A stretch of 64,000 nucleotides of DNA from an uncultured Actinomycetota bacterium (GTDB lineage Bacteria > Actinomycetota > Actinomycetes > Streptosporangiales > Streptosporangiaceae), in the NCBI GenBank assembly GCA_963735315.1, contig CAVTKQ010000035.1, forward strand, positions 20,150-84,149, in the 5' to 3' direction. The position numbers and the translations under genes were made by a program. The notes below the pieces were generated by a model that saw only the letters and a program-made list of their open reading frames with translations, searched no databases and was not told the origin of the DNA. This document shows, in pieces, positions 43,217 through 56,079 of the stretch (position 1 is the stretch's first letter; each line of letters opens with the position of its first letter).

Positions 43217-44068
43217 TCAGAAACTCGCCGCTGCCTCGCGGATCAGCCGTACCGAATCCTCCGGGCTCAGCGCCTTGGCGATCAGGTGGTTGAACATCTG
43301 CGAGAAGCGTTGGGCCTCGCCCGCCTCCTCCAGGTAAACGCTACCGGACTGGTTCTCCTGGTACACCACGTCAGGATCACGCGGCTCGGGGAAGCCGAGG
43401 ATGCTAAACGAACCGTCCATCGCCGGGTGCACGCCGGCGCCAAACGGCAGCACCTGGACCGTCACGTTTGGCAACTCCGCCACCGCCGCGATGTGCCCGA
43501 GTTGCCTGCTCATGACCTCGTCGCCGCCGAGCGGCCGACGGATCACCGCCTCGTTGAGCACCGCCCAGTAGTTCGGCGGATCGGCGTTAGTCAGGCGCTC
43601 CTGACGCTCCAGCCGCACCCGGACCTTCTTGTCGACCTCCGGGTCGCCGGGGGCAACGCTCGTCAGGAACGTCCGGTAGTAGCCCTCGACCTGAAGCAGG
43701 CCAGGTACCAGCTCCGCCGCATAAATACGGATCGTGGACGCCTCGGTCTCCAGGCCCACGTAGACCTGGAACCAGTCGGGCACTGCCGACGCGTACTGAT
43801 GCCACCAGCCGCGCTCGTTCGCCTGTCGGGCCAGCGTGAGCAGCGCCTCGCGTTCATCGGAAGCGACATCATAGATGTCCAGCAGGAGGCGGAGGTTCAC
43901 TGCGCGGACCGACCGCTCGCCGGTCTCCCAACGCGACAGGGTAGGTGCCTTAATGTCCCCGTTGCTGCGTTCCTGCACCTCCTCGATGGTCAGCTCGCGC
44001 TCGGTCCGCAGCCGACGTAGTTCGTAGCGGAGCCGACGCCGGCGGACTGTAGGACTCGGTCGAGCCAC
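43217..44068 (-). CDS. XRE-family regulator with DUF5753 domain (WhiJ/Scr1-like)
   Basis: PTVRRRRL, RGWW, VPGLLQ, NEAVIRR, PNVTVQVLPF, ALSPEDS. Confidence 0.93.
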   Translation of the reverse strand: MARPSPTVRRRRLRYELRRLRTERELTIEEVQERSNGDIKAPTLSRWETGERSVRAVNLRLLLDIYDVASDEREALLTLARQANERGWWHQYASAVPDWFQVYVGLETEASTIRIYAAELVPGLLQVEGYYRTFLTSVAPGDPEVDKKVRVRLERQERLTNADPPNYWAVLNEAVIRRPLGGDEVMSRQLGHIAAVAELPNVTVQVLPFGAGVHPAMDGSFSILGFPEPRDPDVVYQENQSGSVYLEEAGEAQRFSQMFNHLIAKALSPEDSVRLIREAAASF

Positions 44069-44174
44069 GATCGCTCCGATCGGTAAATTGCCAAATGCAT
44101 ATTGCGGTAAAGCTTATTCCGGCGGCATACTCTGTACCAAGCACCTGAGCATACGCCGCATAAGGGACTGGCAC

Positions 44175-44696
44175 ATGGACGACGACGGCGCAGGGGAGAC
44201 ATGCGCTGGCAATTTCACTGACCTTGACGACCCAGCGTTCCTGGCCGAGCGGGCGCGGGTGCGCGGGCCGCTCGAGTACCAGCCGGAGAACTCGGTGGGC
44301 CGGGCGGAGCTTGAGCGGGTGTACGAGGCGATGACGGAGGAGTTCTGCCGCCGCGCCGCGATCGCCTGGCGGCAGGCAAGACCGACGAGCGATGACGCTC
44401 CTGCCGCAGGTGGCAAGACGCACGGCGACGGCGTGCCGGTGCCGACGGACGAGGTCCGCGACGCGGTTGAGCTGACCCGGAGGGCGCGGCTAGCGCTCGA
44501 CGCGCTGGCCAGGCTCGCCGTAAGGCAACAAGGAAACCAGGGAGGACGGATGGACGACCAGGCACGGACGCGGCTGCTGGCAATAGAGGTGCTGCTGTCG
44601 GACCCGGAAGCACTCGGCAACGACGCCCTTGAGGGAGACCTCTATATCCTGCGCGACAAGCTTCGAGCGGGACAGGAGGCCTGCCGTGCCAGTTGA
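44175..44696 (+). CDS. Small hypothetical protein(s); possible separate 48-aa ORF from 44550
   Basis: DDPAFLAERARVR...EEFCRRA; internal GGAGG plus ATG at 44550; divergent from the XRE gene. Confidence 0.55.
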   Translation: MDDDGAGETCAGNFTDLDDPAFLAERARVRGPLEYQPENSVGRAELERVYEAMTEEFCRRAAIAWRQARPTSDDAPAAGGKTHGDGVPVPTDEVRDAVELTRRARLALDALARLAVRQQGNQGGRMDDQARTRLLAIEVLLSDPEALGNDALEGDLYILRDKLRAGQEACRAS

Positions 44697-44702
44697 GACG
44701 AG

Positions 44703-46945
44703 CTAAGCGGGGGCCAGGGCGGCCAGGACCGTCTCTACCGTGCGCTTGCGCAGCTCTGGGTCGGTGAGCAGGCCGCCGGCGGCGTCGGTGACGTAGAAGA
44801 CGTCGACGGCCTCCGCGCCGAGCGTCTCGACCCGGGCGGCCTGGACGTTCAGGCCGCACTCGCCGAGGGCCCGGCCGATGCGCCACAGCAGGCCAGGCTC
44901 GTCGTGCGCGCGGACCTCGACGACGGTGGCGCTGTTCGACGCGTTGTCGACCAGGGCGACCTTGGGGGGCGGCGCCAGCGCGGCGTGCGGGCGCACCGCC
45001 CGGGCGCGGCGCTCAAGCCGGTCCTCGACGTCGAGCCTGCCCTCGAGCATCCGCCGCAGGTCCGCGGTGACGAGCGTGGCGTCAGGCGGGTCGCCGTACT
45101 CGGGGGCCACGCTGAAGACCGTGACCGCCGTGTCGCCGACCGCCGTCGCGTTCGCGCCGCGGACCGTGAGCCGGTGCGAGGCGAGCACCCCGGCGGCCCG
45201 CCACAGCAGGCCGGGCCGGTCGAGGGCGACGACCGTGACCTCGTTGCCGTCGACGATCGCGGCGGGGCCGCCCTGGGCGACGAGCGCGAGCTGGTCGTCG
45301 CGCAGCGGGCCGGGCTCCGGCATGGGGTCGCCGTCAAGGGCGGCGCTGACCCGCCGGACCAGGTCGGTGACCAGCCCGGCCTTCCAGTCGTTCCACGCCG
45401 CCGGGCCGGTGGCGAGCCCGTCGGCCTGCAGAAAGCGCGTGCAGCAGCTCAAGTAGCGTCCGCGAGCCGACTATCGTCGCGACGTGCTGCACGGTCATCG
45501 GGTCGTCGAGGTCCCGCCGCGTGGCGACGACGGGGAGCAGCAGGTGGTGGCGGACCGCGTCGGCGACCAGCTGCACGTCCGCCTCGCCCAGGCCGACGCG
45601 CTTGCAGACGTCGCGGGCCACGACCTGGCCGGAGACGCTGTGGTCGCCCGGCCAGCCCTTGCCGATGTCGTGCAGCAGCGCGGCGAGCAGCAGCAGGTCG
45701 GGCCGGGATACGTCGCGGGCCAGGGCGGCGGCGTTGGCCGCGCACTCGACGAGGTGCCGGTCAACGGTGAAGCGGTGCAGCGGGTTGCGCTGCGGGCGGT
45801 TACGCACCCGGTCCCAGTCCGGGATCAGCGCGGTGAGCAGGCCCTCCTGGTCAAGGGCCTCCCAGACGGCGATGGCGCCGGCCCGGCGCCGAGCAGGGCG
45901 AGCAGGTCGTTGCGGGCCTCGGCGGGCCACGGGACGGGCAGCGGCGGGCACTCGGCCAGCCGGGCCAGGGCACGGGGCGCGAGCGGGAGGCCGGACTGGG
46001 CGGACGCGGCGGCGGCGCGCAGGACGAGGGCGGGGTCGGTGGCGGGGCGACGCCGCCCGGGCGAGCACCACCTCGCCGTCCTGCTCGACCACGCTGTCCG
46101 CGAGCGGGCGGCGGTCCGGCTTGCCCCGGCGCATCCGCACGCCGAGGGCGCGGCGCCCGCCCGCCCGGTCCGCCTGGCGGAAGGCGTGGTCGACCGCGTA
46201 GGCGACCGTGCGGCCCGCGCCGGCGAGCTGCCGCAGCAGCGCGTCCCCGTCGAGCAGGCCGAGCGTGCGGGCGACCTCGTCCTGCTCCTCAAGCACGAGC
46301 CGGTCCAGGCGCCGCCCGGTGACCTCGTGCAGGACGTGCCTTGTGTCGAGGATCTGCTCGTAGGCGGCCCTGACCTTGGGTCCTGGCGCGGGGGCGATCC
46401 AGGCAGCGGCGATGGCCTGGATCGCGTGCACGTCCCGCTGCCCGCCGCGCGACTCCTTCAGGTCGGGCTCAAGCAGGTAGGCGAGCTCGCCGTGCAGCCT
46501 GGTCCGCTCCTCGTGCAGTTCCTTGAGCTCGGCGAGCCTGGTGCGGGCGTTGGACCGCCAGTCCTCGAGCGCTACCTCGCGCAGCCGGGCTCGTCAGGTC
46601 AGGGTCGCCGGCGACGTGCCTGGCGTAAAGCAGTCCCAGGGCGACCTTGATGTCGTTGCGCGCCACCCGCCGCGCCTGCGGTACGGTCCGCACGGCGTGA
46701 TCGAGGCGGGCGCCGGAATCCCAGACCGGGTACCAGATCCGGTCGGCGATCTTGGCGATGCCGTCGCGGCCGTCATGGAGCATCAGCACGTCGAGGTCGC
46801 TGCCGGGCAGCAGCTCCTTGCGGCCGTAGCCGCCCACGGCGACCAGGGCGACACCGGGCTCGGCGCCAAGCATCCCGGCTAGCCAGCGGTCGGTCTCGGT
46901 AGTCCTCCGGCCACGATCAGCCGCGAAAGAAGTCATCACGCTCAC
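44703..46945 (-). CDS. glnD: [Protein-PII] nucleotidyltransferase GlnD (frameshifted)
   Basis: AVGGYGR...[21 protein letters not shown], two ACT domains. Confidence 0.93.
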
Positions 46946-47017
46946 CAGGTCCCCCGAATGATCCGTACGCGGCCCTGCCGTAGGCAGGCCGCGCTCGCGG
47001 TACTGGCCCCCCGATCG

Positions 47018-47078
47018 CGAGCCCTTTTCATCCCGGCACCGTGGTTCGCCGCCGCAGGCATCAGGATGAAAAGGCTCG
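47018..47078. repeat. REP-like inverted repeat
   Basis: CGAGCC(C)TTTTCATCC and GGATGAAAAGGCTCG; left arm overlaps GATCGCGA. Confidence 0.65.
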
Positions 47079-47089
47079 TGCTGCGCCTC

Positions 47090-47452
<363 letters not shown>

Positions 47453-47472
47453 TCAGACAATGCCTTAGCCGC

Positions 47473-47510
47473 GTTTCCTGCGTCCAGTCCGAATGTGTCA
47501 GAACGGTGAA
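47473..47510 (-). promoter_or_regulatory. Putative GlnR box
   Basis: TTCAC-n6-GACAC-n6-ACTGG-n6-GAAAC upstream of glnK; 11-bp periodicity, third site poor. Confidence 0.55.
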
Positions 47511-47610
47511 ACACCAGCCCCGACTATTACGCCAGCGTTTCGCGGCGGCCACGAAGGCCAGGTCAGCGCCGCGCGCCGACCTGGCCCGCACGTGAGCGGC
47601 AGCGGCCCCG

Positions 47611-48791
47611 CTAGCCGCCGAGGATGGCGTCGACGAACGTGGCCGGGTCGAACGGCGCCAGGTCATCGGGTCCCTCGCCGAGCCCGACCAGCTTCACGGG
47701 AACGCCGAGCTCGCGCTGTACCGCGATCACGATGCCGCCCTTGGCGGTCCCGTCCAGCTTGGTCAGCACGATGCCGCTCACGTCCACCACCTCGGCGAAC
47801 ACCCGCGCCTGGCGGAGCCCGTTCTGGCCGGTGGTGGCGTCGAGCACGAGGAGCACCTCGTCCACCGCGGTGCGCTTCTCGATGACCCGCTTGACCTTGC
47901 CGAGCTCGTCCATCAGGTCGTTCTTCGTGTGCAGGCGGCCCGCGGTGTCGATCAGCACCACGTCCGCCTCCTGCTCGATGCCGGTGGACACCGCGTCGAA
48001 GGCGACGCTCGCCGGGTCGGCCTGCTCCTTGTCCGAGCGGACGACTTTCGCGCCGACCCGCTCGCCCCAGGTCTGGAGCTGATCGGCCGCCGCGGCGCGG
48101 AACGTGTCGGCCGCGCCGAGCACCACCGTCTCCCCGTCGCCCACCAGCGACCTGGCGAGCTTGCCGCACGTGGTCGTCTTGCCCGTCCCGTTGACGCCGA
48201 CCACGAGCACGACCGCCGGGCGGCCCTCGTGCCGCTGGGTGCGCAGCGCCCGGCTCGCCTCGGTCTCCACCTGGGTGAGCAGTTCGGTGCGGAGCATGGC
48301 CCTGACCTCGTCCGGGGTCCTTGTCCCCTCGACCTTGACCCGGGTCCGCAGGTCCGACGTGATCTGCCGGGCGGGCACCACCCCGACGTCCGCGGTGATC
48401 AGGACCTCTTCGATCTCGTCCCAGGTGTCATCGTCGAGCCGGTCCCTGGACAGGAGGGCGAGCAGCGCGGAGCCGAAGCCGCTCTGCGACCTGGCCAGCC
48501 GGGCCCGCAGCCGGATCATCCGCCCGGCCGAGGGCGGCGGCTTCTCAATGGCCGGCGAGGCGGGGCCTGCGGGGCAAGAAGCTCAGAAGCGGGCGGCGGC
48601 GCGGTGGCGGTCGCCGTTCCGGTCCCCGTCGAGGTCTGGTCGCTCGCCTTCGGCAGCGGGCCGGTCAGGTCAAGCTCGCGAGCCCGGCCGCGGCGGACCC
48701 CGTGCATGCCGCGCGGGCGTAGCAGCAGCGAGCCGCCGACACCGAGCAGCAGCACGGCTACCACCACGATGAGGATGATGTACGCAGTCAT
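47611..48791 (-). CDS. ftsY: SRP receptor FtsY (frameshift in N-terminal linker)
   Basis: GVNGTGKTTT, DTFRAAA, DTAGRLH, TKLDGTAKGG. Confidence 0.96.
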
Positions 48792-48942
48792 ATAAGCCAC
48801 AGTCTCCCTGGAAGGCATGTCCCCGACGCGACCCGCGCAACGTCCGTCCGCGTTCAACGCCCTTGAGCACGCTACAACATGCCCTGCCGTGCGCTCCGCA
48901 TGCTCAGCGGGATGGGCACATTTCCGCCACGCGGGCGGCGGG

Positions 48943-51900
48943 TCAGGCGGGCTCGGTCTCGCGGACGCGCTGGCTGATCACCTGGGACACGCCGTCGCCG
49001 CGCATCGAGACGCCGTAGAGCGCGTCGGCCGCCTCCATGGTGCGGCGCTGGTGGGTGATGACGATGAGCTGAGAGCTTTCCTGCAGCTCGGTGAAGACCC
49101 CGAGCAGGCGCTGCAGGTTGCTGTCGTCGAGCGCCGCCTCGACCTCGTCGAGCACGTAGAACGGTGACGGCCGCGCCTTGAAGATCGCGAACAGGTAGGC
49201 GATCGCGGTCAGCGACCGCTCGCCGCCCGACAGCAGGGACAGCCGCTTGACCTTCTTGCCCGGCGGCCTGGCCTCGATCTCGATGCCGGTCGTCAGCATG
49301 TCGTCCGGCTCGGTCAGCATCAGCCGCCCGGAGCCGCCGGGGAACAGCCGGGCGAACAGCCCCTCGAACTCGCGCGCGGTGTCGGCATAGGCGGAGGCGA
49401 ACACCTCCTGCACCCGGTCATCGACCTCCTTGACGACCATGAGCAGGTCACGGCGGGTCTTGCGCAGGTCATCGAGCTGCGTGGCGAGGAACTGGTGCCG
49501 CTCCTGCAGCGCCGCGTACTCCTCAAGCGCGAGCGGGTTGACCTTGCCGAGCCGGGCGAGCTGCCGCTCGGCCTCCGCGGCCCGCGCCTCCTGCTCGCCG
49601 CGCACGTAGGGCACGCCAATGACCTCGGGCTCGGCCGGCTCCGCCGCGGCCTTCCCTGGCTTGCGCGCCTGACCAGGCTCGGGGTCCGCCGCCAGGGACT
49701 CGTCGGCCTGCTCCGCCTCGACGCGCACCGCCCGGAGGGCATCCGCCAGGGAGGGGCCGGCGGATCCGCGGGTACCGCCGGGCGGGCTCCGGCAGTGCGC
49801 TCCGGATACGGGACTCCTCGGGCCCGGCGCGTCGGCCCCGGCACCACGGGCTCCGCCGCTAGCGGCGCCGGCGCCGCCGCGGCGGGTAATCCCGCGCCTG
49901 CGCGGCGGCCGGACGCGGCCCGTCGCTCGGCCGAGGGCACCGGCTGCCGCCGGGCTCGGCGGCCCGGCGGGCTTCGGCCGCCAGGTCGCCGCGCGGCCGC
50001 GGTGTCCTTGGCGGCCACGTGGTAGACGGCGGTGCCGCGCTTCCTCGCGGCGGCGCCGAGCGGGGAATCGGACGGCACCAGGATCAGCGTGCCCGGCCCG
50101 TACTCGGACAGCAGCGCGCCGGGCTCGATGCCGTACTCGTCCGCGGCGTGGCTGGCCAGCTGCTCAAGGCGCAGCCGGTGCTCGTTGCGGGAGATCTCGG
50201 TCCCGTGCGCGGTGTTCACGACCTTGTCGAGCTCGCCGGACACCGTGGTCAGCTGGGCGCGCACCGCCTTCAGCGCCCCGGTGCCGCTCGTGCTCGCCTC
50301 CTCGGCCTCGGCTCGCCGCTGCGCCGCGAGCGCCAGCGAGGACTCGGCGGCGGACACCGCGAGGCCCGCGCCCGCGGCGACCGCGCGGGCAACCGACGCC
50401 TGGGCGGTCCGCTGCTTGCGCCGGATGGCGGCCCGCTCCCTGGCGGCCCGCTCGGTGGCGGCCGAGGCGGAGAGCGAGTCGGCCCGGCCGCTGATCGCGC
50501 GCAGTCGTTCCTCGACGGTGCGCACCTCAAGGCGCGCCTCCATCTCGGATTCCCGCGCGGTCGCGGCGCGCTGGGTCAGTTCCTCGCGTTCGTCGTCGGC
50601 CTGCAGGTCTTCGAACTCGGGGTCGCTCGCGCGCTCGTCGGCGGCCTCGGCCTCGGCGAGCTCGTCCTTCAGCTGCACGAGCTTGGCCTGGTCCTTCTCC
50701 GCGCTCCGCTGAGCCGCGCCCACGGAGGCGTCAAGCCGCTTGGCCTCGTCGGCGGCGGCCCGCGCGGCCCCCGCCAGCCGGCCAAGCCGGCCGGAGATCT
50801 CCGCCGCGGCCGCGTCCACCGCGCGCATCCGGCCGCGGGTCTCCTCAAGCTCCTGCCTGGCGGTCTCCTGCGCCTCGGTCAAGGTGGCGAGGGCGTCCGC
50901 CGCCGTCTCGCTGGCCAGCTCGGCGGCCGCGACCTTCGCCGTGGCCTCGTCGGCGGCGGCCCGCACGTCAAGCAGGGACTGCCCGCCCGCGGAGCCGCCC
51001 CGCGCCCAGTGCGCCCCGATCAGGTCGCCGTCGGCGGTCACGGCGCGAAAATCAGGATGATCCCGAACGAATGCGGCTGCCCCCGCGACGTCACGCACCA
51101 CGGCCACGTCGCCGAGCAGTTCCGCGACTGCCGTGGAAAGCTCGGCAGGCCCCGTCACGAGCTCGGCCGCCCAGCGCGCCCCGTCAGGAAGACCGGGACG
51201 CACGGGGTCAGCGTGGCCGGCCTGTCCCGCCCCGCCGTCCGCGGGCCGCCCGGAGCGCTCGCCGCCTGCGATGACCAGGCCGACGGTGCCGGCGTTCGCC
51301 GCGCGGATGCCGGTGAGGACTTCGACGGCCGCGTCGAGGCCGTTCACGGTGAGGGCCTCGGCGGCGCCGCCGAGGGCGGCGGCGACCGCCTTCTGGTAGC
51401 CGTCGGCCACGGTGAGCTGGGCGGCGAAGGAGCCGAGGACGCCGCGGAAGCGGTCCGGGTCGGCGAGGACGGCGGCCGTCGCGTCGACGCCCTGGCGGAG
51501 GGTCTCGTTGAGCGCCTCGACGCGGGCGCGCAGGGCGGCTACCTCGCTGTTGGCGGCGCGTTCGGCTTTGCGCGCAGCAACCACTCGTTCGGAATGCTGG
51601 TTGTGTTCCCTTTGCGCCTTGTCCAGGTCCGCGGCGAGGCCGCTGCGGTCGGAGTCGCCGTCGTCGGCGACGTCCTGGACCTGGCTGTACTCCTGCTGGG
51701 CGCGCTCGGCGCGGGCGCGGGCCTGCTCGGCGGCCGCGGTCAGCCGGTCGATTTCCTCACTGGTCGCGGCGGCGCGGCTCGCCGCGGCGTCGACCATGCC
51801 GCGCAGCCGGGCGAGCCGCTCGGCGCGGCCCGCGGCGGCCCTGGCGGCGTCGGCGAGCCTGCGCTCGGCCGCCGCGAGGGCGCTCTCGGCCATGGTCCTG

Positions 51901-52982
51901 CTCGCGACCGACTCGGCGAGCGCCTCACGGCCCTCGGCGAGCCGCTCGGTCAGCCCCGCCTCCTCGGCCCGCAGCTCCGCGGCCTGCCGCTCGAGCTCGT
52001 CGGGGTCACGGCCGGGGCGCTCGGGCTCGGAGTCCGCGGCGAGCAGCCGGACCCGCTCGGCGGCCAGGCCCTGGACGGAGCGGAGCTTCTCGGTCAGCGA
52101 GGACAGCGCGAACCAGGTCTCCTGGGAGCGGGCGAGCTCGGCGGCCTGGGCCTGGACCGCGACGTCGAACGCGGCCTCCCGCTGCCGCGCGTCGGCGAGG
52201 GCCGCCTCAAGCTCGGCGCGGCGGGCGCGGATCGCGGCCTCGTCGGCCTCCTCGCGCTCCAGCTTGTCCCGCAGCTGCACGTAGTCGTCGGCGAGCAGCC
52301 GGAGCTTGGCGTCGCGCAGGTCCGCCTGGATCGTGGCGGCCCGGCGCGCGACCTCGGCCTGCCGGCCCAGGGGCTTGAGCCGCCTGCCGAGCTCGCCGGT
52401 CAGGTCGACCAGCCTGGTCAGGTTGGCCTGCATCGCGTCCAGCTTCCGCAGCGCCTTCTCCTTGCGCTTGCGGTGCTTGAGTACGCCGGCCGCCTCCTCG
52501 ATGATCGCCCGCCTGGCCTCCGGGCCGGCGTGCAGGATCTGGTCGAGCTGGCCCTGGCCGACGATGACGTGCATCTCGCGGCCGAGGCCGCTGTCGGACA
52601 GCAGGTCCTGCACGTCGAGCAGGCGGCAGCTGTCGCCGTTGATCGCGTACTCGCTTTGACCGGAGCGGAACATCAGCCGGCTGATCGTCACCTCGGCGTA
52701 GTCGATCGGCAGGGCGCCGTCGCTGTTGTCGATGGTGAGCGCCACCTCGGCCCGTCCCAGCGGGGCACGGCTGGTGGTGCCGGCGAAGATGACGTCTTCC
52801 ATCTTGCCGCCGCGGAGGCTTTTCGCCCCCTGCTCGCCCATGACCCAGGAGAGGGCATCGACGACGTTGGACTTGCCTGACCCGTTCGGGCCGACGACAC
52901 AGGTGATGCCCGGTTCGAGGCGCAGCGTGGTCGCGGAGGCGAACGACTTGAAGCCACGCAGCGTGAGGGACTTCAGGTACAC
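48943..52982 (-). CDS. smc: Chromosome segregation protein SMC (frameshifted within an insertion)
   Basis: [36 protein letters not shown]. Confidence 0.96.
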
Positions 52983-53410
52983 GCGCCCTCCCCTCCCCCG
53001 AAACCGCCCCGCGATGCGCCCGCCTCGGACATCGCTGTGTTGAGCAGCACTGGCACCCGAACATTACCGCTTCAAGCGGCCGACCGCCGGAAACGGCACG
53101 GGAGCGGGAAAATCCCGCTGACTTGCGCACCCGATGGCAAAAACCGCCACCATATCGGGCACGCGACCCGGCCGCCTCCCGGGTGACGCCCCGTACCCCC
53201 GAACAACAGGCGACCAATCAATGACCGCCAGGGTAAAGCGGGCACGCGGGGAGGCAGCTGACTAATCCAGGGAGTGTGGTTTATGCCACACGCGGCCCGC
53301 GGCCGAAAGGCTGGTGCGATTGCGCGCACGACAATGCACATTACGTAACCGTAGGTACGCAAGCGAGATCGCCACATACGGCACATACCGGGCGCATATG
53401 GATAAACAAC

Positions 53411-53446
53411 GAGAAGGGACGCCGGGAAGGGCGTCCCTTGTTCGTT
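53411..53446. terminator. Hairpin terminator downstream of the small ORF
   Basis: AAGGGACGCC...GGCGTCCCTT stem. Confidence 0.55.
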
Positions 53447-53538
53447 TCTGAGTGTGCCTTGGCAGACCCGCTGGTAGCGGGCCGAGCTGCGCTTCCAGGA
53501 TCTAGGAGCTTCCCCGGATCCGGATATGCCTGAGATCG

Positions 53539-53733
53539 TCAGGTAAGCGCGGGCTCGCGGTCGAGAACGAGCACGTCCTCGTCGTGCGTCAGCCCCGCAG
53601 CGAGCGCGTCGTTCTCGTTCTGGAGCCGCATGAGCTCGGCTTCCAGGTCGCGAACGCGCTGCTGGAGACGGCGCATTTCGGAGACCATACGCGGGTCAGG
53701 ACCACCGACGTGGCCGAATAGAGCCTTTGACAT
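53539..53733 (-). CDS. Small coiled-coil hypothetical protein
   Basis: MSKALFGHVGGPDPR...RLQQRVRDLEAEL; GGAGG RBS. Confidence 0.8.
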   Translation of the reverse strand: MSKALFGHVGGPDPRMVSEMRRLQQRVRDLEAELMRLQNENDALAAGLTHDEDVLVLDREPALT

Positions 53734-54048
53734 GGTGAAAGGTCCTCCACACTGAGTGACCAGAGTGGGCACAATGTGAACCGCACGCCCATACGTGCGG
53801 GCAACAGTTACAGGGTCCCACCATGATCTTTAGAGGTCAAGTTGAGAGCAGCCCGTCAACCGTTATGTGCCAATCTTACCAAAGATACGGGCGTCAAACA
53901 AACGATCATCCGCACAAAACCCCCACATCTAGGGGCTTTTAGCTGGTCCGATCCTACCAGTAGCCCGCCGAAGGTGATAGACCTCACGTGCCGGCGCGCC
54001 GCGAAACCGCCGGGCCAGCCGGGCCGTTCGCCCGGCGGGCCCTGGCGG

Positions 54049-54949
54049 CTAGCGCTCGCCGGCGCCGCGGCGCGCTGCCGCGCAGCCGAGGGCCGCTGGC
54101 AGCGCGGGCAGCTGTAGGAGGAGCGGTTCATGAACGCGTCGCGGCGAATCGGCGTGGCGCAGCGGGCGCACGGCTCGCCTTCCCTGCCGTAGGCGTTCAG
54201 CGACCGGTCGAAGTAGCCGCTCTCCCCGTTCACGTTCACGTAGAGCGCGTCGAAGGACGTACCGCCCGCCTTGAGCGCCTCGGTCAGCACGTCACGAACC
54301 GCCTCAAGCAGCCGGGACACCTCGGCGGGCCTGAGGGTCTCCGTCGGCCGCGCCCAGTGCAGCCGCGCGCGCCACAGCGCCTCGTCCGCGTAGATGTTGC
54401 CAATCCCGCTGATCAGCGACTGATCCAGCAGCGCCCGCTTGACCTGTGTCTTCTTCCGGGCCAGCCGCGCCGCGAAGTCCGCGGCGTCGAAGGCGTCCTC
54501 AAGCGGGTCCGCCGCAATGTGCGCAATCGGCTCCGGCACCACCCGGCGGACGGCAAGTCCATCGGGAGTAGGCCCAGCGGGACCAACATGAGGTGGCCGA
54601 ACGTGCGCTGGTCGGTGAAGCGCAGGTCGGGGCCGCCGTCGGTGAACGTGAAGCGGGCGCGGACATGCGGGTCTAGTGGCCGGTCCTGGTCGCCGACCAG
54701 GAACTGGCCGCTCATCCCCAGGTGCGCGAGGAGCGCTTCCGCGTCGTCCAGGGCGAACCAGAGGTACTTGCCGCGTCGTTCTGCGCGCAGGAACGTGCGG
54801 CCCGCCATCGCGGCGGCGAAGCCGTCCGGGCCGGAAACGTCACGGCGCACCGCCCGCGGGTTGAAGACCTCGACGGCCGCGACCGTGCGCCCCACGACGT
54901 GCTGTTCAATCCCGGCGCGGACAGTCTCGACCTCGGGCAATTCGGGCAC
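54049..54949 (-). CDS. mutM: Formamidopyrimidine-DNA glycosylase (frameshifted; 3' end approximate)
   Basis: [30 protein letters not shown]-terminal zinc finger. Confidence 0.95.
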
Positions 54950-54989
54950 GGGCGACCTCCGATCGGGCCGGGCACGCCGTACGGCTGCC

Positions 54990-55041
54990 GCATGAATGTG
55001 CCGTTGATGTCGCTATAACGACAGCGATGGCACATTCATGC
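54990..55041. repeat. REP-like inverted repeat
   Basis: GCATGAATGTGCC and GGCACATTCATGC around TGTCGCTATAACGACA. Confidence 0.75.
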
Positions 55042-55062
55042 CGCTTCATGCCGCGGAATGGG

Positions 55063-55857
55063 CTATGCGTCGGTGTCTGGGGCGGACTGGGCGGGGACCG
55101 CGTCGCGCAGGGCGGGGGGGCCGGACTCGGTTCCCGCGGCCGGCTCCGCGGTGATGGAGCGGTACGCGGCCTCGGCGGCGAGTTGCTCCGCGGCTTTCTT
55201 CGAACGGCCCTCGCCGGCCCCGAGTTCCCTGCTGCCCACCTTGACCACGGCGCGGAACAGCTTCTGGTGGTCGGGGCCGCTGTCCTTGACCACGTACTCG
55301 GGCACGCCAAGGCTGCGGTCCGCGGTGAGCTCCTGCAGCGAGGTCTTCCAGTCAAGCCCCGCGCCGAGCAGCGAGGAGCGCTCGATGACCGGGTCGAACA
55401 GCCGGTGCACGAGGCCGCTGGCCGACTCGAGCCCGCAGTCGATGTACGTCGCGCCGATCACGGCCTCAAGCGTGTCGGCCAGGATCGACGGCTTGTCCCT
55501 GCCGCCGGTCCCCTCTTCGCCGCGGCCAAGCCGGACGAACAAGCCAAGGCGCAGGTCGCGCGCCACCTCAGCCAGCGCGTTCATCTGCACGACCGCGGCT
55601 CGCAGCTTCGCCAGCTGGCCCTCGGGCAGGTCCGGATGACCCTTGAACAGGGTGTCCGTGACTACCAGGCTCAGCACCGAGTCGCCGAGGAACTCAAGCC
55701 GCTCGTTGGTCGGCAGGCCGCCGTTCTCGTAGGCGTACGACCGGTGGGTAAGCGCGCGCTCCAGAGTTTCAGGGGTGATAGGCACGCCGAGAGCGCACGA
55801 CAGTTCGGCGGGGTCTCCCGCCTCGTTTCCGTCTCCGTCACTACGTCGTCCGCTCAC
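55063..55857 (-). CDS. rnc: Ribonuclease III
   Basis: [36 protein letters not shown]. Confidence 0.97.
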   Translation of the reverse strand: MSGRRSDGDGNEAGDPAELSCALGVPITPETLERALTHRSYAYENGGLPTNERLEFLGDSVLSLVVTDTLFKGHPDLPEGQLAKLRAAVVQMNALAEVARDLRLGLFVRLGRGEEGTGGRDKPSILADTLEAVIGATYIDCGLESASGLVHRLFDPVIERSSLLGAGLDWKTSLQELTADRSLGVPEYVVKDSGPDHQKLFRAVVKVGSRELGAGEGRSKKAAEQLAAEAAYRSITAEPAAGTESGPPALRDAVPAQSAPDTDA

Positions 55858-55881
55858 CGGCGCTCCCCGTTACATGCAGGC

Positions 55882-56058
55882 TCAGGCCGGGTTAATGACC
55901 TGCCGGCGCCGGTAGGTCCCGCACGTCGGGCAGGCCGCGTGCGGCAGCTTCTGGGCGTGGCAGTTCGAGCACTCGACCAGCGTCGCCACGCTGGCCTTCC
56001 ACTGCGCGCGGCGGGAGCGGGTGTTGCTGCGCGACATCTTCCGCTTTGGAACAGCCAC
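55882..56058 (-). CDS. rpmF: 50S ribosomal protein L32 (below ORF-track cutoff)
   Basis: [22 protein letters not shown]...CSNC...CPTCGTY. Confidence 0.95.
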   Translation of the reverse strand: MAVPKRKMSRSNTRSRRAQWKASVATLVECSNCHAQKLPHAACPTCGTYRRRQVINPA

Positions 56059-56079
56059 TTCGGCTCTCCTGTCAGTCTG

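Noticed and set aside
50019-52880. 953-aa plus-strand ORF and similar long antisense ORFs (e.g. 28185-29801)
   Set aside because: Shadows of real genes caused by high-GC codon bias; no recognisable motifs
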